Shown piece after piece: positions 28,477-37,474 of a stretch of 64,000 nt of DNA. Under the pieces are notes generated by a model, which worked only from the letters and a program-made list of their open reading frames with translations, searched no databases and had not been told where the DNA came from. Source of the stretch: an uncultured virus (IMG/VR IMGVR_UViG_3300006868_000018) (lineage: Duplodnaviria; Heunggongvirae; Uroviricota; Caudoviricetes); IMG/VR virus record IMGVR_UViG_3300006868_000018, positions 1 through 64,000 of that record; one strand, written 5' to 3'. How positions within the stretch are numbered: the stretch's first letter is position 1; each line of letters begins with the position of its first letter. The position numbers and the translations under genes are program-made.

Positions 28477-29165
28477 AGAACAACATGTTCCATCTCCATC
28501 ACGGTGAAACGTTTCAGGTAAACGATATCTGGAGATATGACGTTCAGGTGTGGAAAGGACAATACGAAGAAGTGTCGGAAGGTTGGCAGGACCATAACAG
28601 TTATGTGATGGGCAAGTCTTGCAACTTTCGAAGTAACAACAGTGGGTGGAGTATCAAAGACTCGAACTTCGCCGCTTCGGTGAACTCAGGGTTTCAGGCA
28701 GAAACACTGGATGAGGACTCCACACTAGTCAACATCAAATACTATGGACTTGGGATGAACGACGAACGTTTGTTTGTACCCAACGCCCGTGGTGTAACAG
28801 GTAATCTATCCTACATGGATGGTGGTACTAACACCACCGCAGTCAATCCGGGCCGATTAGGACTTCCGGTCATCAACTACGTGCACTTCCCCAAAGGAAT
28901 GCAACAAACACTCCATACTCACCCAAGTCAACGTATCGGTCTTATCCTCAGTGGATCCGGTCAGATCGAACTTGACAACAACGAAGTGTTCCCCATTAAC
29001 AGGGGTGACGTTTGGGTTATGGAAAGAAACGTTCTACATAATTTTATGTGTAACAAAGGTGAAGACGTAACCCTTTTCGTGTTTGCGCCTGACTCTGGTA
29101 CAGGCCCAACAGATGAAGTTAACCCATTGAAGGTACGTACCTATGTCGGACAACAACGAGTATAA
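28473..29165 (+). CDS. Cupin-domain protein
   Basis: QTLHTHPSQRIGLILSGSG...VLHNF...FAPDS..GPTDE. Confidence 0.75.
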   Translation: MKNNMFHLHHGETFQVNDIWRYDVQVWKGQYEEVSEGWQDHNSYVMGKSCNFRSNNSGWSIKDSNFAASVNSGFQAETLDEDSTLVNIKYYGLGMNDERLFVPNARGVTGNLSYMDGGTNTTAVNPGRLGLPVINYVHFPKGMQQTLHTHPSQRIGLILSGSGQIELDNNEVFPINRGDVWVMERNVLHNFMCNKGEDVTLFVFAPDSGTGPTDEVNPLKVRTYVGQQRV

Positions 29166-29814
29166 CCGAAACAGACCAATCGGAAAACACATTCTATTGG
29201 TCACAGGCCCACAGGGTTCTGGTAATCACTTATTCAGTAAAATCCTTGGTCTCAGCGAACATGTCTATGGTTGGGACTTTGGAGAGAAGTATTGGATTCC
29301 GAGTGATGAGGAACCCTTTGCAGAATGTTGGGTCAATCCGGAACTGACCGTTCCTACCCTAGAGAAGATCAAAGAGGACTACGTTGTCGCAAACGTCAGT
29401 GTCCCATTTGTCTTTGACGGAGAGAAACGAATTCCCGCCATTCAGGAGTTCGTTGATGAAGCCAAGAGTGCGGGTCATAGAGTAACTGTTTGTATCGTCT
29501 CTCGTGACCGTAACATCAACTGTCTTCAACAGGAAAGGGTAAGGGACGAAATAACCCTACCTACTGCGATGGCGTACTATCGTTGTCTTGATTGCGACTT
29601 TGCGTTTCTATCCCACGAAACTTTATACCTACATAAAGGTATGTACTTAAAGTATTTGTCGAGGACTCTAGGATTTCCTATTGACTACGACAACCCAAGA
29701 GTGTATGATATACTGGTAGAAGATCAGAATAACAAATATGTAAAATATGTTGAGGAGCACTGGTTAGATAATGAAGTCTGGAAAGGTCTTAGACCCAAGT
29801 CTGAAAGAAAATAG
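29143..29814 (+). CDS. Sulfotransferase-like P-loop protein
   Basis: LLVTGPQGSGNHLFSKIL, IVSRD and FLSHE motifs. Confidence 0.6.
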   Translation: MSDNNEYNRNRPIGKHILLVTGPQGSGNHLFSKILGLSEHVYGWDFGEKYWIPSDEEPFAECWVNPELTVPTLEKIKEDYVVANVSVPFVFDGEKRIPAIQEFVDEAKSAGHRVTVCIVSRDRNINCLQQERVRDEITLPTAMAYYRCLDCDFAFLSHETLYLHKGMYLKYLSRTLGFPIDYDNPRVYDILVEDQNNKYVKYVEEHWLDNEVWKGLRPKSERK

Positions 29815-30385
29815 GTATATCCTATTCACAGGTGCGCCAGGCTCTCGTTGGTCTGGTGTGTCTAATAACATTTGGATCGCACCCGACTTCGATCACACCG
29901 ACTCTACACCTGAACGAAAATACACACACAACAACGGACTGGTTCATGGTGGTGCATACTTTGACCCCATGATGGAGTTCGACTTTGATCCCTCAAACTG
30001 GGACTTGCCATTTAGTGGTGAAGGTGTCCGGTTGATCAAGTCACACACACTTTCAACCCAACTACAGAACTTTCACAAGTACCGGATTATTCTGGTCTAT
30101 CGAAACGACTATGAGTGTTGGAAGTGGTGGAATGAGTGTGGAGGTTTTGATATAACCTACCCGAACTACGCTTGGTACAAAAATCAAGAAAACATGTTTG
30201 ACCAGATTCAAAGACAGAATCAGGCGATAATGCAATTCATATATAAGAACGAAAATAAAGTAACTCAATGTGATAACAACTTAGAGGTTCTGAAGTTACT
30301 TGACCTAACTTGGAAATTAGATCCTTCGGTCATAACAGATGAATACTCTAAGAAGGATGTGAAAGTTTATGTCTACAGACCTTAA
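29771..30385 (+). CDS. Sulfotransferase-like P-loop protein
   Basis: ILFTGAPGSRWSGV, LIKSH and LVYRN motifs. Confidence 0.6.
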   Translation: MKSGKVLDPSLKENRYILFTGAPGSRWSGVSNNIWIAPDFDHTDSTPERKYTHNNGLVHGGAYFDPMMEFDFDPSNWDLPFSGEGVRLIKSHTLSTQLQNFHKYRIILVYRNDYECWKWWNECGGFDITYPNYAWYKNQENMFDQIQRQNQAIMQFIYKNENKVTQCDNNLEVLKLLDLTWKLDPSVITDEYSKKDVKVYVYRP

Positions 30386-30923
30386 TCCACACATGGATTT
30401 TTTGAAGGATTATTTTACTAACACGTGGCCTAGTTCCAGAACCGCTGGTTTAGATGGTTACTACTGGACTGGGTTTCGACTGATTGATGAAGTGAAAAGA
30501 GAAGAAAGGGTATTAGATGTCGGTTGCGGAGTCAATCCTTTTAAGCGTCATATTGATCTACTCCACGGTATCGATATTACTGATATAGGTGCGGATGAAG
30601 TATGTCCGATTGAAGACTATGAAGTTGTCGATATGTACGAGGATAAATATGACGTTGCATTCTGTCTGGGTAGTATCAACTTTGGATCGTATGATCTTGT
30701 TGAATTGCAATGCAAGAGAGTGTGTGAGGCACTAAAGGAAAAATCTAGGATCTACTGGAGGTGCAATCCGGGCCACAGAGATCATGGTAATGATAGGGTA
30801 GGTGAGATACCCTTCTTCAACTGGACGATAGATCATCACATCGATCTATCAAGAAAGAACGGGTTTGAGGTGACCGAATTGATGCCTGACAGGAATAGGA
30901 TGTACGTGAAATGGGAACGTTAA
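30369..30923 (+). CDS. Class I SAM-dependent methyltransferase
   Basis: VLDVGCG, GIDI and YDVAFCLG motifs. Confidence 0.85.
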   Translation: MSTDLNPHMDFLKDYFTNTWPSSRTAGLDGYYWTGFRLIDEVKREERVLDVGCGVNPFKRHIDLLHGIDITDIGADEVCPIEDYEVVDMYEDKYDVAFCLGSINFGSYDLVELQCKRVCEALKEKSRIYWRCNPGHRDHGNDRVGEIPFFNWTIDHHIDLSRKNGFEVTELMPDRNRMYVKWER

Positions 30924-31561
30924 GAGAATTATTCGACAAGTGGGATTGCGACAAAGGTACTAAGAAACACTGTTACGACAACTGTTACGAGCAGTATTTC
31001 TGGGACGTGAAGGATGACCAACTCAATCTTCTTGAGATTGGTTGTTTTCGGGGGGAGAGTACTGCCGCATTTTTGGAATATTTTCCTCATGCGACTATTT
31101 ACACAATCGACATCTTTGAGAGGACTCATCCCGATAGTCTTGATGTCCTGAAGGATGAACGTGTGAAGTGGTTGAAGTATGATAGTTGTCACGCCGCACT
31201 GCCGAATGCAATCCGTAGGATGTGGGGTAACGATATCAAGTTTGACTTTATTATCGATGATGGTGCACACTGGCCTGAAGCGAACCGAAAGACTTTCGAA
31301 AACTGTTTCCCGTTTCTAAAACAAGACGGGGTGTACTTCATCGAAGACGTTTACATGTTAGATCGGGATTATGCCGCTAACGACCCTTGGGTAAAGAAAC
31401 AACCCGATAGGTACAAGATCGGAGAACACATCCGATTGATGAACACCATCGATAAGTACGATGTCAAACACTATGACTACCACGAACGTGAGTACATGCA
31501 TCTGGGGGCGATATGTAGAAATCCCGACTCTTATATCTTAAGGGTAATGCATGGATCGTAA
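30911..31561 (+). CDS. Class I methyltransferase (Methyltransf_24 / sugar O-methyltransferase-like)
   Basis: LLEIG, FDFIIDDGAH and GVYFIED motifs. Confidence 0.85.
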   Translation: MGTLRELFDKWDCDKGTKKHCYDNCYEQYFWDVKDDQLNLLEIGCFRGESTAAFLEYFPHATIYTIDIFERTHPDSLDVLKDERVKWLKYDSCHAALPNAIRRMWGNDIKFDFIIDDGAHWPEANRKTFENCFPFLKQDGVYFIEDVYMLDRDYAANDPWVKKQPDRYKIGEHIRLMNTIDKYDVKHYDYHEREYMHLGAICRNPDSYILRVMHGS

Positions 31562-32240
31562 ACTCTTCATACACATCCCCAAAAACGGTGGTATGACTCT
31601 CCGCAGAAATGTGGAGTTACGCAAACGTCTGATACTTGCACACCCGACTCACCATTGTAATAGGACATACACCAAACGTCTCGAAGAAAAGATGCGAGCC
31701 ACGGGTGATGATATGGGGTACGAACACGCCCGATGGAGAGACGTGGATAATACGATAAGAAACACCTATAAGTCTTTTGCGATAGTTCGAAACCCTTGGG
31801 CAAGAGTTGTATCTCGTTACTGGTTTGCAAAGAAGGTCATTGAGGTCGAATACAATTCGAACGTCTACGGTAACAAAGAGTATGCGGATGTATCATCCTT
31901 CGAAGCGTTCCTTGAGGAACGTCACAAGTGGGGTGGTGAAGAATTTATGTGGCATCGTGCAGTGCGGGGTTGGTATCCCGCATACGATCACGTGTGTGAC
32001 AAAGAGGGTAATGTAAGGTGCGACATCCTTCGGTTTGAGAACTACAACGATGATATCAAAGACTATTTCAAGGTACTGTTCGATCCGGAACCTCGTAACG
32101 TAACAGGACTCTTGACAGACCCCTATCAGTCCATGTATAATGACAAGACTATACAGGTAGTTGCGGACTGGTACAAGAAGGACATTGACTACTGGGGGTT
32201 CGACTTTGATACAGGGGCGACTAAGAACTACTGGCGATGA
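31551..32240 (+). CDS. Sulfotransferase family 2
   Basis: FIHIPKNGGMT, VRNPWARVVS, LRFEN and WYKKDIDYWGF motifs. Confidence 0.85.
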   Translation: MDRKLFIHIPKNGGMTLRRNVELRKRLILAHPTHHCNRTYTKRLEEKMRATGDDMGYEHARWRDVDNTIRNTYKSFAIVRNPWARVVSRYWFAKKVIEVEYNSNVYGNKEYADVSSFEAFLEERHKWGGEEFMWHRAVRGWYPAYDHVCDKEGNVRCDILRFENYNDDIKDYFKVLFDPEPRNVTGLLTDPYQSMYNDKTIQVVADWYKKDIDYWGFDFDTGATKNYWR

Positions 32241-33181
32241 ACTTGGTAGAAAGAATACGTATGGCGAATGAGATAGAAAATGCAGAACCCACGGTTACCG
32301 ATTTAGATGGTGACCGTCATATTAAAGCAGTCATCATCTCTCTGTTCCATAACGCAGCTGCGACACACGCAACTCGTAACCTCTTAAAGAGTATTGAGAT
32401 AACGGGTTCGAAGATCAATCCGGTTGTGATGGATGCCACTACACCCACCACACTGGGTAAAGGAATGGGTGAGATTTATTACCTCAAGGGTAAACACCTT
32501 CAGTGGACTTGGCCTGCAACACCAGAAACAAGTGGGTTGGATCTTGCAACCGGACTGTACAAGAAAGCGTATATCGCCAACGATCAGAACAAAGTCATTG
32601 CATGTATGGTATCTCACATGAGAGCCTGGCAGTACTGTATTGACATGAACGAACCTGTTATGGTTCTGGAACAGGACGCCCTGTTTATTCGCAAGTTTGT
32701 GTGGAAGGACATCTCAGATCCCGAACCACTTAGACTAACAACGGACTGGTTTGATAGGTGGAACGACACAAAGGAGATGATGGTCACAGGATGGGATATT
32801 CCTAAAAGAAGACAGGTCATGGATGAGTGTTTGTCCAGAGAACCTATTGGTAGTTTTGCGGGAGGTATCCTTGGACTCAACAGTCCTATCGGTGCAACAC
32901 GCAAGGCATCTGTTTTCCACAATGCGTTGTTTGGTAAGTATGGGTTCCATAAGGTTCCCTCTGTTGATCAGATCGGAGACGATCCTCTACCTCAAGGTCT
33001 TGCAGGAAACTCTGCATACATCATCAAACCTTGGGCCGCAAAGAAACTCCTAGATAAAGTGAATGAAATTGGAATGTGGCCTAACGATGCACTGATGTGC
33101 AAACAGTTCTTCCCTTGGATGCAAGTGATGTGGCCTTATTACACTGTAGTGCAGGGAGTGAAGTCTACTACAACAGGATAG
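32237..33181 (+). CDS. Glycosyltransferase family 25-like
   Basis: ACMVSHMRAW, VLEQDA and AYIIKP.AAKKL motifs. Confidence 0.8.
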   Translation: MNLVERIRMANEIENAEPTVTDLDGDRHIKAVIISLFHNAAATHATRNLLKSIEITGSKINPVVMDATTPTTLGKGMGEIYYLKGKHLQWTWPATPETSGLDLATGLYKKAYIANDQNKVIACMVSHMRAWQYCIDMNEPVMVLEQDALFIRKFVWKDISDPEPLRLTTDWFDRWNDTKEMMVTGWDIPKRRQVMDECLSREPIGSFAGGILGLNSPIGATRKASVFHNALFGKYGFHKVPSVDQIGDDPLPQGLAGNSAYIIKPWAAKKLLDKVNEIGMWPNDALMCKQFFPWMQVMWPYYTVVQGVKSTTTG

Positions 33182-33183
33182 TT

Positions 33184-33837
33184 ATGAAGAGTTTTGTTAT
33201 CACTATTATGGACAATCCTAAGTCCGTCGAGTCCGCAGATCGATGTATCGCAAGTGCAAAAAAGATCGGGTTACAGGTCGAGAAGTTCAAGGCGATTACT
33301 CCAAACGATAGTCCCTTCTCAATCGCAAAGAGTGAGGGTATAGACCCTGATGGTTTCTCTGAGGTTTATTCTCGACACGCAAACTGTCTGTCTGCGTTCC
33401 TGTCACACTATTCTCTGTGGAAGAAGTGTTTACTTGAAATCGGTCAACCTATAGTCATCTTTGAACATGATGCAGTTGTGATCAATGAGTTACCCGCATC
33501 TAATATTTTTAAGGGGGCAGTAAATCTGGGTGCACCTAGTTACGGTAAATTCAATCAACCCTCTTTCTTTGGTATGGGTCCACTCACAACTAAGAGATAT
33601 TTTCCCGGCGCCCATGCGTATATGGTAAACCCTAAAGGTGCGGAAGCGTTCATAAGAACCGCAAAAATATCTCCAAAACCCACCGATGTTTACCTAAATA
33701 TAGATACATTCCCTTGGTTGCAAGAACATTACCCCTTCGTCGCAAAAGCAGATGATAGTTTCACAACCATACAAAAAGAAGAGGGATGTCTCGCAAAACA
33801 CAACTATGGTGAAGGATATGTCATCGAGAATTTATAG
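33184..33837 (+). CDS. Glycosyltransferase family 25-like
   Basis: AFLSHYSLW, IFEHDA and GAHAYMVNPKGA motifs. Confidence 0.8.
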   Translation: MKSFVITIMDNPKSVESADRCIASAKKIGLQVEKFKAITPNDSPFSIAKSEGIDPDGFSEVYSRHANCLSAFLSHYSLWKKCLLEIGQPIVIFEHDAVVINELPASNIFKGAVNLGAPSYGKFNQPSFFGMGPLTTKRYFPGAHAYMVNPKGAEAFIRTAKISPKPTDVYLNIDTFPWLQEHYPFVAKADDSFTTIQKEEGCLAKHNYGEGYVIENL

Positions 33838-34579
33838 AAAAGTCACGTTCGGTACACCACCGGCAGAACCACCTTATAGGTTACCGGACGATTTTCCGGA
33901 AGCGAACCTAATGCCTCGTTCTCTTTGGTTAGAGAACAGAGAATCGAACATCCAAGTGACTACCGAAGGTGGTCAAATATTAACCTTTATCTGGAACCCC
34001 AATACTGGGATGGATAGAATCAAATCTTGGTTGTTCGAACACATTAGAAAATTTCGAATTGAAGATTTCTCCACAACCGATACCATGTATCAAACGCAAT
34101 CGGAGTTCGCCGCCACGTTGACGGATAACAATGTGTTGGATGGTCTGGGTACAACAATCACGGTAGTCAGAGACCCCTACACTAGGATACGTGAACAATA
34201 CGAACAGTGGCACAGAGGTAACGCAACGTCCACAGATCCGGATAGAAAACGTTTTGCAAATCACAGTTTTAACAGATTCATCGAAACTGAGATCCCTTGG
34301 AGACACGGCCGGTTCTTAGAACAAAAGAGATTTGTCGAACCCGCTGACATTGTGTTGAAGTATGAGGATCTAGAAGAAGAGTTTATGTCTAAGGTTGTTG
34401 TGCCTTACTTCGATACCTCGTTCGGGGGACTAAGAACCCTACCGAAGGTTGACCTACGGGGCGCACTAGACGATAAGAGTTTTTTGTTAGAGTGCAGTGA
34501 CATGACCATCTCATATATAAACCAGTACGATGAGTATGTGTTCAATGGAGATTATGGGTATAACACACATGTTGGATAA
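33818..34579 (+). CDS. Sulfotransferase family 2-like (divergent)
   Basis: FIWNPNTG, VVRDPYTR and LKYEDL motifs. Confidence 0.6.
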   Translation: MSSRIYRKVTFGTPPAEPPYRLPDDFPEANLMPRSLWLENRESNIQVTTEGGQILTFIWNPNTGMDRIKSWLFEHIRKFRIEDFSTTDTMYQTQSEFAATLTDNNVLDGLGTTITVVRDPYTRIREQYEQWHRGNATSTDPDRKRFANHSFNRFIETEIPWRHGRFLEQKRFVEPADIVLKYEDLEEEFMSKVVVPYFDTSFGGLRTLPKVDLRGALDDKSFLLECSDMTISYINQYDEYVFNGDYGYNTHVG

Positions 34580-35231
34580 GACTTTCCTTACGGGTTGTGA
34601 CGAAGTGACCGAATGGCAGTTGCCTTGGTTCATCCGCAACTATTTTGAAAATAATGACACGCACCTGTTTGTGTGTGACTTTGGTATGAGTGAAGACATG
34701 GCGGACTTCGTTGACAAACTCGAAGAGAATGTCACTCGTTATGAAATCAAGACAGAGGCGGTGGGGTGGTTCAAGAAACCTCGCGCCATGTTGGATATTT
34801 CCTTCCAGTCAAAGAAGTCTTGTTGGCTTGATACGGACTGTGAGATATTCGATAACATCGACAGTATCTTCGAACACACTGTTCCTTTCAAAATAAGTAT
34901 GTGTGAAGACAGACCGTGGACTCGAAGACGGGGTGAACATGGAATGTGGTACAACTCTGGAGTAGTCGTATTCGAAGGAACACCCAACATCCTACGTGCA
35001 TGGGCGTCTGAGTGCATCAACAAACCTATACAGGGAGATCAAGAAACTCTCTATGCAATGTTCGCTGGTGACGATATTGCAAAGATGGCAGTCATAGAAC
35101 CGTTACCGCATAAATACAATACACTACGGTTAGACTACATAGATAATATCGCAGTAAAGAACCCTCTGATTGTACACCACACTGGTAAGAAGGGTAAGGA
35201 CTTGATCAGGGAGATCATGCAGAATGTTTAG
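34569..35231 (+). CDS. Glycosyltransferase, GT-A fold (GT8-like)
   Basis: WFKKP, WLDTD, NSGVV, GDQE and HHTG motifs. Confidence 0.8.
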   Translation: MLDKTFLTGCDEVTEWQLPWFIRNYFENNDTHLFVCDFGMSEDMADFVDKLEENVTRYEIKTEAVGWFKKPRAMLDISFQSKKSCWLDTDCEIFDNIDSIFEHTVPFKISMCEDRPWTRRRGEHGMWYNSGVVVFEGTPNILRAWASECINKPIQGDQETLYAMFAGDDIAKMAVIEPLPHKYNTLRLDYIDNIAVKNPLIVHHTGKKGKDLIREIMQNV

Positions 35232-35628
35232 TAAAATTTTACTTGGAGTTGTTCTCGCAATGGGCGCTGGTGGTTACATCTACTACAATACCACCGAAAC
35301 CAAGATTAACACCTTGGAGGCAAGAGCGATAACTCAGGCGAATGAAATCAACGCACTAAAGATTGCACAACAAGAACAGGTCAACACCATCGAGGCGTTA
35401 CAGGTTAACCTAGAAAGACAGACAACCGCACTCAATGATATGACCCAACGTAACAACGAGATCGAACAGGAAAAACAGAGATATCTCGACATCTTTGCAC
35501 GTCATGACCTTGCAAGACTTGCAGCTGCCAAACCAGGCCTAATTCAAACACGTATTAATAGGGGAACAAAAGATGTCTTTGACACCATTGAAGCTGAGTC
35601 TGCTTTTATTGACAACCTTGATAACTAG
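35224..35628 (+). CDS. Inner-membrane spanin (Rz-like)
   Basis: N-terminal TM helix, long coiled coil and AAKPGLI motif; overlaps a lipoprotein gene. Confidence 0.75.
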   Translation: MFSKILLGVVLAMGAGGYIYYNTTETKINTLEARAITQANEINALKIAQQEQVNTIEALQVNLERQTTALNDMTQRNNEIEQEKQRYLDIFARHDLARLAAAKPGLIQTRINRGTKDVFDTIEAESAFIDNLDN

Positions 35629-36007
35629 TGGTTGTGCGAGTTTTCTTGGGGGACCGAAGATTCCCGCCCCCGCCCCTGTAGAGATTCGTACCGTTGAGGT
35701 GCAGATTCCTATCGTTCACCCCACTATGCCCCGTGCGATTGATCTGAAGGATCCGCAGTGGTATGTGGTGTCTGATGAAAACCTAGACACATTCCTAGAT
35801 GAGATTAGGGATATGAATAATGGTGGTGTTGTATTCGTTGCCATGTCAGTAGGTGATTACGAACTCATGTCTTACAACATGCAAGAGATTCGTAGATATG
35901 TTAATCAGTTGAAAGAGGTTGTGGTATACTACCGAACCGTCAACACCAAAGAAGATAAGGAAGAAGAAGATGGTGTCGAAGAGAACAGTGATTCTGGAAA
36001 GTCTTAG
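35573..36007 (+). CDS. Outer-membrane lipoprotein spanin (Rz1-like)
   Basis: Signal peptide with lipobox ITSG|C and a Pro-rich linker. Confidence 0.75.
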   Translation: MSLTPLKLSLLLLTTLITSGCASFLGGPKIPAPAPVEIRTVEVQIPIVHPTMPRAIDLKDPQWYVVSDENLDTFLDEIRDMNNGGVVFVAMSVGDYELMSYNMQEIRRYVNQLKEVVVYYRTVNTKEDKEEEDGVEENSDSGKS

Positions 36008-36182
36008 GGTACACGCCGAAGGACAGATTGCGTTACACAAGGCGAACGTTGAAATTTATCTAGATAACCCTGCGGGTATCGGAGAACATCCGGACGTTAT
36101 GCAAGCGATTGAGTCTGAACTCCACAAGATTGCAGAGTGGGAAGACCAGTTGTTTGTCCTAGAAAAATATTTCGGAGAGTGA
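35970..36182 (+). CDS. Conserved small phage protein
   Basis: HKANVEIYLDNPAGIGEHPD motif. Confidence 0.7.
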   Translation: MVSKRTVILESLRVHAEGQIALHKANVEIYLDNPAGIGEHPDVMQAIESELHKIAEWEDQLFVLEKYFGE

Positions 36183-36183
36183 T

Positions 36184-36666
36184 GTGTACGAGTATCGAGC
36201 AAGACTAAAGAGGGTTGTTGATGGAGACACCGTGGATGTCGATATTGATTTGGGCTTTGGGATTTGGCTTCATAACGAGCGTGTTCGTATTATGGGAATT
36301 GATACACCAGAATCCCGAACTAGAGACAAGGTTGAAAAACTTTTCGGCCTCGCTGCAAAGAAAAGAGTAAAAGAACTACTTGGGAAGAACCCCAAGTTGA
36401 AGACTATCGCCGCAAAAGACGGTGAGGATATGAAAGGTAAGTATGGTCGAATTCTTGGGGACTTCGAGGTCTACTACGGACCCCAAGATCGTTGGATGCG
36501 ACTGACCGAAGTCCTAGTACTAGAGGGACACGCCTGCGCCTATAATGGTGGTAGTAAGGAACAAATTAGAATCCGACATCTAGAAAACCGACAAAAACTT
36601 CTTGACGAAGGTGTGGTTAATAGAGTACAATACGACAAGTTAAATCCCAACAAATTAAGGATGTAA
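36184..36666 (+). CDS. Thermonuclease (SNase-like)
   Basis: VVDGDTVD, RIMGIDTPE and GKYGRILG motifs. Confidence 0.9.
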   Translation: MYEYRARLKRVVDGDTVDVDIDLGFGIWLHNERVRIMGIDTPESRTRDKVEKLFGLAAKKRVKELLGKNPKLKTIAAKDGEDMKGKYGRILGDFEVYYGPQDRWMRLTEVLVLEGHACAYNGGSKEQIRIRHLENRQKLLDEGVVNRVQYDKLNPNKLRM

Positions 36667-36667
36667 T

Positions 36668-37297
36668 ATGCGAGTTAACGTATTGGGGAATGGTGATTCC
36701 GCCTTTATGTTCAAACGTGGGACTGCCGGTAAACTGTTGATCTGCAACATGCCACCCTTCGAAATTCCACGTAATGAGGTTTATGCGACATGCATGGTAG
36801 ACTTCAAGATGATGAAGGCCCTACAGGATGGTCAGATTCGTCTTGACATGTATGACTGGGTACTGGGTGCGAGACCAAGAAAGTGGATGGAGATGCAACC
36901 ATCTTTCTATCTCAAGTACTCGCAGAACATTAAGGGGTTTCATCAAAACATTCCCCGATACGCACAACTGCCTGGCCAGAGTGAAGGACAGGCGGCAACG
37001 AACTACTCGTGTGGACACATGGCTGTGGACTATGCGTGTAGAGCATTGAAAGCCGATGAAGTTCACATATACGGATTCGACTCAATGTTTGATTTAAATC
37101 TACGGTCCTCTACGGACCTCATACTTGAGAGTGACCGGAGTGTTGGAAATACTCACAGACTCGCCAGTAATTGGAGACCAATCTTTACGAAGATTTTTCA
37201 AGAGTTCAAGGGTACGAATTTTTACTTACATAACACTCACAAGAATATTAAAATCGCTATCCCTGATAACGTAACCATAACCACAGAGGAAAACTAA
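36668..37297 (+). CDS. Rossmann-like protein, sialyltransferase/MAF-like candidate
   Basis: VLGNGDS, ICN, SCGHMA and IYGFD motif order. Confidence 0.5.
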   Translation: MRVNVLGNGDSAFMFKRGTAGKLLICNMPPFEIPRNEVYATCMVDFKMMKALQDGQIRLDMYDWVLGARPRKWMEMQPSFYLKYSQNIKGFHQNIPRYAQLPGQSEGQAATNYSCGHMAVDYACRALKADEVHIYGFDSMFDLNLRSSTDLILESDRSVGNTHRLASNWRPIFTKIFQEFKGTNFYLHNTHKNIKIAIPDNVTITTEEN

Positions 37298-37298
37298 A

Positions 37299-37442
37299 AT
37301 GGAAACTCTTAACAAAGCCTTCAACTGGACTTGGGACTATGTAAAAGGTACTGTCGCTGACTTCAGAGAAGTTGTGACCAATTACCCGAATGTCCTAATT
37401 TGGACTGGTGTAATTGTTCTGTTAGTAACTTGGATTGTATAA
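37299..37442 (+). CDS. 47 aa membrane microprotein (below the ORF-track cutoff)
   Basis: METLNKAFNW...VLIWTGVIVLLVTWIV; GAGG RBS. Confidence 0.55.
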   Translation: METLNKAFNWTWDYVKGTVADFREVVTNYPNVLIWTGVIVLLVTWIV

Positions 37443-37445
37443 ATA
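37438..37445 (+). promoter_or_regulatory. T4-type late promoter TATAAATA
   Basis: Exact consensus upstream of ATG 37475. Confidence 0.8.
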
Positions 37446-37474
37446 TAAGTAAACTAACATAGGTTCCCCCTGCC

